Below are positions 24,924 to 32,000 of a DNA stretch of 32,000 bases, one piece after another. Origin of the DNA: Pyrinomonadaceae bacterium. GTDB lineage: Bacteria > Acidobacteriota > Blastocatellia > Pyrinomonadales > Pyrinomonadaceae. Each line of letters opens with the position of its first letter. The first letter of the stretch is position 1. The notes under the pieces were generated by a model. It searched no databases and was not told where the DNA came from. It saw only the letters and a program-made list of their open reading frames with translations. The position numbers and the translations under genes are program-made. The stretch spans positions 3,372,192-3,404,191 of the forward strand of contig OZ252034.1 in assembly GCA_965247805.1 (NCBI GenBank), read 5' to 3'.

Positions 24924-26153
24924 ATGTCACAAAACAAAACTCTTTCAGTTGAAGAAATTCGCGCTAATTTTCCGGCTTTGAATCGCGTTCATAAAGGTTT
25001 TTCGGTGGCTTATTTTGATGGTCCGGGCGGGACACAGGTTCCGCGTCAGGTTGTCGAGGCGATGACGGATTATCTTTACAATCATAATGCCAATTCGCAT
25101 TGGGCGTTTCCGACGAGTGTTGAAACGGACGCGATAATTGCGGATTCGCGCCTCGCGTTGGCGGATTATTTGAATGCTTCGGCGGATGAAATCGCGTTCG
25201 GGCAGAATATGACTTCGCTGACGTTTCATCTGGCGCGTGCGCTTGGCAGAGATTTTAACGCGGGCGACGAGATTATTGTCACCGAACTCGATCATCACGC
25301 GAATGTTGATACATGGCGTTCGCTTGAAAAAGAGCGCGGCGTGAAGTTTCGAGTTGTGCCGATGGATATTGAGAGCGGAACTTTGGAGTTTTCAGAACTC
25401 GAAAATCTTTTGAATGCGAAGGCGAAACTCTTGGCAATCGGCGCGGCTTCCAATGCGATTGGGACGATTTCGGATGTCAAAAAGGCTTGTGCGCTGGCGA
25501 AGGAAAATAACACTTTGAGCTTTGTTGACGCAGTTCATTATGCGGCGCACGAACTCGTTGACGTGCAGGATTTCGGCTGTGATTTTTTGGCGTGTTCGGC
25601 GTATAAATTTTACGGTCCGCACATCGGCGTTCTTTACGGACGGCGCGAACTGCTCGAAAAAATTGATTCCCCGAAACTCAAACCGTCGCCGAACAACGCG
25701 CCGGATCGAGTTGAAACCGGCACGCAAAGCCACGAATCAATCGCCGGGGCAGGCGCGTGTATCAATTTTCTCGCTTCACTTTCGACTGGCGAAACACGGC
25801 GCGAAAAACTGCAAAACACCTTCGCCGAAATTCATTCGCGCAAAATGGATTTGTTCAAAAATTTGTGGGAAGGTTTATCGGCGATTGACGGAGTAACGCT
25901 TTATGGACAAAACGCGGAAGCGCGGCGCACACCGACAATCGCTTTTACCGTCAAAAATGTAAATTCACAAACCGTTTCGGAAAAACTTGCGACACGCGGA
26001 ATTTTCACTTCAAACGGCGATTTTTACGCGACGACCGTGGTTGAAAAACTCGGTTTAGCCAACGACGGTTTAGTTCGCGCCGGCTGTGCCTGTTACACGA
26101 CGATTGAAGAAGTTGAAAGATTAGTGGAAGGCGTGCGAAGCATCGCAAAGTAA
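24924..26153 (+). CDS. Cysteine desulfurase-like protein (SufS subfamily, class V aminotransferase)
   Basis: YFDGPGGTQVPRQVVEAM, TSLTFHLARAL, TELDHHANVDTWRSL, FVDAVHYAAHELVDVQDFGCDFLACSAYKFYGPHIGVLYGR, GTQSHESIAG. Confidence 0.93.
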   Translation: MSQNKTLSVEEIRANFPALNRVHKGFSVAYFDGPGGTQVPRQVVEAMTDYLYNHNANSHWAFPTSVETDAIIADSRLALADYLNASADEIAFGQNMTSLTFHLARALGRDFNAGDEIIVTELDHHANVDTWRSLEKERGVKFRVVPMDIESGTLEFSELENLLNAKAKLLAIGAASNAIGTISDVKKACALAKENNTLSFVDAVHYAAHELVDVQDFGCDFLACSAYKFYGPHIGVLYGRRELLEKIDSPKLKPSPNNAPDRVETGTQSHESIAGAGACINFLASLSTGETRREKLQNTFAEIHSRKMDLFKNLWEGLSAIDGVTLYGQNAEARRTPTIAFTVKNVNSQTVSEKLATRGIFTSNGDFYATTVVEKLGLANDGLVRAGCACYTTIEEVERLVEGVRSIAK

Positions 26154-26280
26154 CGCCGTCCGTCCCGGCGGCTGTCGGGTAGGCATCTTGCCTACCCGTT
26201 TTTCTTAGAGTTTTTTGCACGTTGCGGAGAGGTGCGGGCGGGACGCGCCGCACGACTGCCGCCGGGACGGACGGCGTTAC
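26150..26280. repeat. Nested palindromic element, 23-bp perfect outer arms with two internal hairpins
   Basis: GTAACGCCGTCCGTCCCGGCGGC (26150-26172) / GCCGCCGGGACGGACGGCGTTAC (26258-26280); inner CGGGTAGGCA-tct-TGCCTACCCG (26176-26198) and GTGCGG / CCGCAC (26232-26253). Confidence 0.95.
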
Positions 26281-26283
26281 GTT

Positions 26284-28938
26284 TTAAAAACTCTTGCGGA
26301 AAAGATACGACGCACGGATGAAAAACGTCCGGCTGTTGCGTTCAAATCGCGGTTCGAGTTGTCCCGTAAATGGGCTGAAACCGTTGTAATTGAACGTGTC
26401 GTTATAGCCGACATAAAACGCTTTTCCCGGACTCGGATTCCAGCCGAACAAAAATTGTCCGTTCGTGCCGCGTGACAAAGTATCGTAATCGAGCCGTAAA
26501 CGCGTGAAAACAAAGCGCGAAAATTGATACGTCGAACGCAGCGAAAAGATGTTCGTGTCAAAAGCTACCTGTTTGTTGTCACTGCGGCGCAGACGGCTTT
26601 TCGTGTAATCGAGTGAAAATCTCAGTGGATCGGTCGGTTTGTATTCAAAACCGATGTTCGCGTCAAATTGCCAGCCTTTGCCCGGATCGAGTCCCGGTTC
26701 GGATGGCGGTTCAGGTGCATCACCGACCGGATTAGCCTGATAAATCGCCAAAACTCTCAGATACTCGCGGTAATCAGGACTGCTCAAATACGCCCGGTAA
26801 GCGGGACTAACACGCAAAAACTTGCCGCCGCCGCCAAAATCAAAGTCGTAGGCGTTGAAGACCGAACCCAGAAAACCGTACGCTGAAAAGCGTTTACCAA
26901 AACTTTTATTGATATTGAAACTAATATACGGCTGCTTCGTCGAGCGTTCGGGTGCGCCGAAAAACGCGCCGCTGACGTTTCGCGCCGGATTGCGTTTAAA
27001 GCCGAATTCTTCTTCAAATAATCTTTCGTAACCTAGACCGACTTCGGCGTAAATAAACATATTTCCCTGCAAACTCGCGTTGATGTTTGTGCCGATAATC
27101 GCGTCCTGTGAACGCGCCTTCCAGTCATAATTGATTCGCGCAAACTGATTCCAATTAAGGCGAATGATTGTCGCCTTCGGATTGGATTTCGTGCTGAAAC
27201 GATTGGCGATTAGGAAAGTATTCGTGTTCGTGCGCCGCGTAAAACCGGCATCGGCACGATAATCCCGCGTCCGTCCAGATGCTTCAATCGTCCAGCCGTT
27301 TGTCTCTTTGGTGTGGTCGAGATTGAAATAGTAACCGAATCCGTTGCCCGTGCGATACGGTGCAACGACCGCCCGCGAAAGGTCTGGATTAAAAAGAAAA
27401 TTTGAATCAAAGAAGGTTTTCCGCGAATGCGTGCCGAGTGCCTGAAACGTCAAGACGGTGCTTGGATTTAGCTTGAATGTTCCGTCAAATCCGCCGACGA
27501 AGTTGCGGTTTTTCGGGAAGATTCGCGCCGTTCCGAAAAATCCGATGTTGTTGTTCGCGCCGAAATCACGTTTGACGCGCAGCACACTGAACAGCGCGTT
27601 TTTATCAACGAATTCCTCGATGCGGCAGCGTTGATTCGGATTCGTCAAACGCTGCTGTTGGCAAATCGCCAGATTGGTGCGCTCGTCTTCCGAGTAATTT
27701 CCGGGCGCGTTGTCGGACGCGGCGAGAAAACCGAATGAGGTTTTATTTATCTTGCCCGTTAATTTGACGGCAACATCCGGGTCAACAATCGTCCGTGAAT
27801 AAAAAGGCGAGAGCGGCGATTCAAAAATCTCTTTGCCTTCGAGAAAGAACGGGCGTTTTTCATCAAAGAAAATCGGGAAACGCTGGTTTGCCGAAACGAC
27901 CGGCGCGTCGGCTTCGATCTCGGCGTAATCAGGATTGACCGCCGCATCGAGCGTGACGTTCGGCGTAATTGTGTATTTGAGATTGACACCGATGTCTTTT
28001 TTGATCGGATCATTGACAAACTTGCCGGGTTCGCGGATTCCATTCGGATTAAAAACGCGGTCGTAAGCACCGATTGGATTAAAACCGGCTAACGGAATCG
28101 TCGTTTTGCGGCTGCCGGTTTCGGAAAGCGTCACGCTCGGCACGATTTCCAAAGTGCGCTCGAATTTTACTTCGTCGAGTCCGGTGATTTTTCCGTGTTT
28201 GATTAAAAATCCCGAAACATCGCGGTCGTCCGGCATCCACTGGTCAAATTCGTCATTGAATCGGTCAATGTTGCGGGCGACGTTGAAACCCCACAATTTG
28301 CCTTTTCCGGCGGCGTAACGCAGAGATTTGAACGGGATTTTGACTTCGACCGACCAACCCCAATCTTCAATGACACCTTTCGATTCCATCACGATGTCAA
28401 CCGAAAAATCCGCACCTTGTCCTTCCGTAAAAATTCCGTCCTGCTGAATTCCGAGCGGATTAAAGCCCAAAACGTAGGCGCGGCGTTGGTCGTTATAGGT
28501 ATCGAGCCACATTCGCACGTTGTCTTCATTAAAAACTTCATCGCGTTTGGCGACCGTCGCACGGATTTTGTCCTTGTCGTCCCAACACTTAAAGGCGACG
28601 TAGAGATTTTTCTCGTCATACATCACATACGCTTCGGTCGGTTTTGACGGCGCGGTGTTGTTGCCCGGACTCGTTTGATAAAAGTCTTTAAAGACGGCGG
28701 CTTGTTTCCAACTTTCTTCGTCCGGTTTGCCATCAATCACCGGCGGCGTTCCGGTTTTGGGAATTTTCATCGGACGCGCTTTTTCGGGCGGCACAATGAC
28801 TTTTGATTTGTTTGTCGAACTTGTTTTCTCTGTTTTGCCGGAATCGTTGGTATTGTTTGTATTGGCTGAATTTTCGGTCTGCGCCGATAGATATATTGTA
28901 AAAATTAAAATTGCAAAAACTGCTCCTAGGGCTTTCAT
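26284..28938 (-). CDS. DUF5916-type protein with N-terminal carbohydrate-binding family 9-like domain
   Basis: Signal peptide; PPVIDGKPDEESWKQA...YVMYDEKNLYVAFKCWD...DNVRMWLDTYNDQRRAYVLGFNPLGIQQDG; FFLEGKEIF; aromatic-alternating C-terminal region ending in SYLFRKSF. Confidence 0.88.
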   Translation of the reverse strand: MKALGAVFAILIFTIYLSAQTENSANTNNTNDSGKTEKTSSTNKSKVIVPPEKARPMKIPKTGTPPVIDGKPDEESWKQAAVFKDFYQTSPGNNTAPSKPTEAYVMYDEKNLYVAFKCWDDKDKIRATVAKRDEVFNEDNVRMWLDTYNDQRRAYVLGFNPLGIQQDGIFTEGQGADFSVDIVMESKGVIEDWGWSVEVKIPFKSLRYAAGKGKLWGFNVARNIDRFNDEFDQWMPDDRDVSGFLIKHGKITGLDEVKFERTLEIVPSVTLSETGSRKTTIPLAGFNPIGAYDRVFNPNGIREPGKFVNDPIKKDIGVNLKYTITPNVTLDAAVNPDYAEIEADAPVVSANQRFPIFFDEKRPFFLEGKEIFESPLSPFYSRTIVDPDVAVKLTGKINKTSFGFLAASDNAPGNYSEDERTNLAICQQQRLTNPNQRCRIEEFVDKNALFSVLRVKRDFGANNNIGFFGTARIFPKNRNFVGGFDGTFKLNPSTVLTFQALGTHSRKTFFDSNFLFNPDLSRAVVAPYRTGNGFGYYFNLDHTKETNGWTIEASGRTRDYRADAGFTRRTNTNTFLIANRFSTKSNPKATIIRLNWNQFARINYDWKARSQDAIIGTNINASLQGNMFIYAEVGLGYERLFEEEFGFKRNPARNVSGAFFGAPERSTKQPYISFNINKSFGKRFSAYGFLGSVFNAYDFDFGGGGKFLRVSPAYRAYLSSPDYREYLRVLAIYQANPVGDAPEPPSEPGLDPGKGWQFDANIGFEYKPTDPLRFSLDYTKSRLRRSDNKQVAFDTNIFSLRSTYQFSRFVFTRLRLDYDTLSRGTNGQFLFGWNPSPGKAFYVGYNDTFNYNGFSPFTGQLEPRFERNSRTFFIRASYLFRKSF

Positions 28939-29197
28939 ACTGCACCTCTTATTGTTTATGAAAAGAAAATAAAAATTCGGGAATGATCTATATAAAGAAA
29001 GTTATTTTCCTTCGACTAAAACGGTTGATAAATCAAAAAGTTTCAATTAATTATGCAGGTAAACCTGCTAAATAGAATAAAGTTCAGCGTTTAGCAGACA
29101 GTCTTCGACCGTCGTTGATTATTGATATGAACGAACGCGATCGAAAGATCAATTGCTAAATGATAAAGTTGTTTTCTAATCTTAAAATTTTCTGAAT

Positions 29198-31114
29198 TTA
29201 ATTGGATTTCAAATTGTTTGCGCTGCGGACAATAATATTTCCGTCGGCGACCGTAAAATTATAATTTGCGCTGCCATTTCCGATGCGCCAGACGGACGAA
29301 TCTTCGGAAACATCGGCGGTTTTGATTCTTGACGGCGCGATTCCTTTCAGATCAACCGATTCGGTGTTGGCGCGAATCGTCGCTGATGCGTCGTCCGGCA
29401 AATTCAAAATAATGCTGCCGTCAGTCGTGGTTGCCGTGATTTTTTGAAAATCGCCTTCGAGATTCATATCGCCGTCCGCCGTCAGCGATTCGATTTCGCC
29501 TTTGAAACCGATCACGCGAATTCTGCCGTCGGCGGCGGCGATTTTGAGTTTTCCGTCAACGTCGCGGACATTGATTGATTCATCCGAGCCTTTCAGATCA
29601 ATCTCGCCCGAAACATTTTCGAGGCGAATTTCACGGTCGGTACGAATCCACAAATTCGACTTTTTTGGCACGAAAACCTCCACGCGCAGACGTTCCGCGC
29701 CGCCGAAATAATCTTCATTCGACGAATCTTTGCCGCCGTTGATTCTGATTTTTACTTCGGAATCGGAATGATCCGCCGTAAATTCGAGAGGTTTTTGAGT
29801 GCGTCTTTTCGAGATTCGGGTAATCGAATATTGAACTTCGGATTTGTCCCAGCCGCGCACGCTAACCGCGCAGTTTTTCGCGTCAACCGAGACTTTCGGC
29901 GTGCCTTTAACGGTAAATGTTTCGTCCTTTTTCTCGATCACGGGTGCGCCGGGAAGAAAGTCGGCATCCGCCAGACGCGCCATTGTTTCCCGCTGTATTT
30001 TCATTGATTCGTCAATTTTCGCCTGAATTTCGGCGGTGTTGAGTTTAGCGAGTTCGGGACGGATTTTGTCCATTTCCTTCTGCGCGTCCGCCATTTCCCT
30101 TTGCGCGTCCTTCATCTGCTTTGCCGCATCTTTTTGCGATTCTTTAACGGCTTTATTGATGTCTTTGTTTATCTTATTGGTGTTAACCAAACTTTCGCTG
30201 TCGCTGTCATCGTCGGAATCCCAATCTTTTTCGTCATCTTCCTTGCTTTTTTGCGGCAAAAGATTGGTTGAAGGATTGACATTTTTACCGTCGTTTTTGC
30301 GCTTGATGAACAATCCGCCGTTGACGCTGTTGAGCCGAATCTGCACTTCGCCGCTGCCGATTTTGCCGTATAAATCCTTGCCGACATACTGACCTTTGCG
30401 AACCGGCAGACCGAAATCGTTAACGATGCTGCCGTTGACCGTATCAGCTTTGACGGTCGCGTCGGCATCGGACGGAATTGTCAAATTAACTTTTCCGTTG
30501 ACCGTTTCGAGCGTGATTTTGCTCGACGACTGCAACTGGTCAAAGTTCGCTTCGACATTGCCGTTGACGGTTGAAAGATTTGCCGTCCCGCGTAAATTAT
30601 TGGCGATAACCGTTCCGTTGACGGTTGAAGCTTTGGTCAAATTATTGGAATTTGTAATGCTGACCGAACCGTTGACCGTTTCGATTTCGTCTAAAATCGC
30701 GTTTTTCGGGACAGTCAAATGATATTCGACCGACAATCTGCCATAGTTTTTCCAGCCGCGATTACCACCGTCGTTTTTCCAACTGTCGTAGTTTGTTTCG
30801 ATCTTCAAGAAATCTTTTTGCGCGTCAATTTGAATTTCGACTTCCGATAATTTACTTTTGTCGTCGGCGGTTTTGACGGCTTCGAGTTTAACTTCATTGC
30901 GCTCCCAAGTATCAATCGTGATCGAACCGTTGACGTTTGAAACGCTGACTCTGCCGTTCGCGCTGAGTGGATAAGTTTGCTCGAAACGCTCGGTTTCGTC
31001 CATCTGAAAGATTTTCGCCGATTCCGTATTCGTATAATTATTTCTTTGCACGGGACTCGTCGCATCGTTTGAAAAAACCATTCCCGCAAGTACTAAAGAT
31101 ATTAACCAGGACAT
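29198..31114 (-). CDS. DUF4097-like beta-strand-repeat protein (track ORF to 31210; likely start ATG at 31114 with upstream GAGGAGA)
   Basis: Repeated GxVxxxNxNGxI / TVNGSV-type motifs: VSVSNVNGSITIDTW, IETVNGSVSITNS, LSTVNGNVEANF, LETVNGKVNLTI. Confidence 0.85.
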   Translation of the reverse strand: MSWLISLVLAGMVFSNDATSPVQRNNYTNTESAKIFQMDETERFEQTYPLSANGRVSVSNVNGSITIDTWERNEVKLEAVKTADDKSKLSEVEIQIDAQKDFLKIETNYDSWKNDGGNRGWKNYGRLSVEYHLTVPKNAILDEIETVNGSVSITNSNNLTKASTVNGTVIANNLRGTANLSTVNGNVEANFDQLQSSSKITLETVNGKVNLTIPSDADATVKADTVNGSIVNDFGLPVRKGQYVGKDLYGKIGSGEVQIRLNSVNGGLFIKRKNDGKNVNPSTNLLPQKSKEDDEKDWDSDDDSDSESLVNTNKINKDINKAVKESQKDAAKQMKDAQREMADAQKEMDKIRPELAKLNTAEIQAKIDESMKIQRETMARLADADFLPGAPVIEKKDETFTVKGTPKVSVDAKNCAVSVRGWDKSEVQYSITRISKRRTQKPLEFTADHSDSEVKIRINGGKDSSNEDYFGGAERLRVEVFVPKKSNLWIRTDREIRLENVSGEIDLKGSDESINVRDVDGKLKIAAADGRIRVIGFKGEIESLTADGDMNLEGDFQKITATTTDGSIILNLPDDASATIRANTESVDLKGIAPSRIKTADVSEDSSVWRIGNGSANYNFTVADGNIIVRSANNLKSN

Positions 31115-31416
31115 AATTGCTGTTCTCCTCTGTTCGAGTTTTTTATGAATAATTCGGGAATTTTTCCCTTGTCTGAATTGAAAACACCGCGCCCTTTTGG
31201 TTTGTGACAACTTTCTTAATTTTTTTCAAAAAAGTTTTTAAAACTTTCTTTTTCATTTTCGTATGTTAAGATTTTAAACTTGTAAGACGTAACGGAAATA
31301 GCTAATTGAAACGAAAACGGACAACAGTTGAAGAACGTCGGACATCTGACGAATTTACATCTTTAGCGAGATTTAATAGTTTTACACGTTTAGTTACACT
31401 GTAACTGGAGACAAAA

Positions 31417-32000
31417 ATGAATTTGAAACAGACGCGATTGCATATTTTGCATGAGGCTGAAAATTTAGCCCCCAAAGCCAAAACCGGCGTTTCTCTCCAT
31501 TGTCATACGCAATATTCCCAGGAGATGCTCGATTTCATTCCGCACTACGCGGAAAAACTTCCGATTATAAATTTTTTCTGGCAGAGGGAACGCAAGGGTT
31601 ATTTTGAACGTGAAGGTCGGGAACTCGATTTTTCGACGAGTTACTGGTCGCCGCCGATGTCGCCGCACGACGTTTACGACATCGAGAAAAAGCAGATGAA
31701 CGATGCCGGTCTGGATGCAATTATTTCAATTTCAGATCACGACAGCATTAACGGCAGCCTGCTAATCGGCGAACGGCAGGAAAACGCGAAAGCCCCGATT
31801 TCGCTGGAATGGACGGTGCCGTTTGAATACGGATTTTTCCACGTCGGCGTGCATAATCTGCCGAAGGAAAACGCCGTCGAATTGACGAAAACGCTGATTG
31901 ATTATAGTTTTAGCGAAAATCCGACGAACGAGCGTCTGCACGAGCTTTTTGCGATGCTCCGCGATATTCCGCAGGTTTTGGTGATCTTAAATCATCCGCT
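31417..32000 (+). CDS. PHP-domain protein, truncated by the window end
   Basis: Open frame from ATG at 31417 to the end; GVSLHCHTQYS and ISISDHDSINGS metal-binding PHP motifs; CTGGAG upstream. Confidence 0.85.
   Translation, partial: MNLKQTRLHILHEAENLAPKAKTGVSLHCHTQYSQEMLDFIPHYAEKLPIINFFWQRERKGYFEREGRELDFSTSYWSPPMSPHDVYDIEKKQMNDAGLDAIISISDHDSINGSLLIGERQENAKAPISLEWTVPFEYGFFHVGVHNLPKENAVELTKTLIDYSFSENPTNERLHELFAMLRDIPQVLVILNHP

Noticed and set aside
29502-31089. CRISPR-like or tandem-repeat array in the DUF4097-like gene region
   Set aside because: The similarity comes from repeated protein motifs (TVNGxV) with diverged DNA and variable spacing, with no identical DNA repeats separated by constant spacers.

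Overview
32 kb chromosomal window. Codon usage and gene content look like an Acidobacteriota/Blastocatellia-type bacterium, but this is inference only. About 22 well-supported CDSs are present: a Maf-type pyrophosphatase, a DUF721/DciA-like protein, gatC and gatA, two paralogous membrane GGDEF-EAL proteins, an oligopeptidase B-like S9 peptidase, an ECF sigma factor/putative anti-sigma/two DUF4252-like gene cluster, a secreted M35-like metallopeptidase, an AAA ATPase + DUF4276-like pair, citrate synthase, a SAM hydroxide adenosyltransferase, a glycine-zipper protein, a tandem M16 peptidase pair, a MazF-type toxin-antitoxin pair, a SufS-like cysteine desulfurase, a DUF5916-like outer-surface protein, a DUF4097-like adhesin/beta-helix protein, and a PHP-domain protein cut by the window end. 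The most striking signal is a family of 75-78 bp palindromic elements. One copy supplies the last codons and the stop of maf. The other sits exactly in frame as 26 codons inside the SAM hydroxide adenosyltransferase, similar in concept to Rickettsia palindromic elements. At least four other inverted-repeat types occur at gene ends and in spacers (GAGCGGTAGCGA family, a nested four-arm element at 26150-26280, GCGAACTTTAGTTCGC, TAGGGTGAA). A TA cassette is flanked by a 47-nt direct repeat of the cysteine desulfurase 5' end, and low-complexity 7/8/14-mer tandem repeats have become the N-terminal/signal-peptide codons of two genes. No rRNA, tRNA or CRISPR array was recognised.
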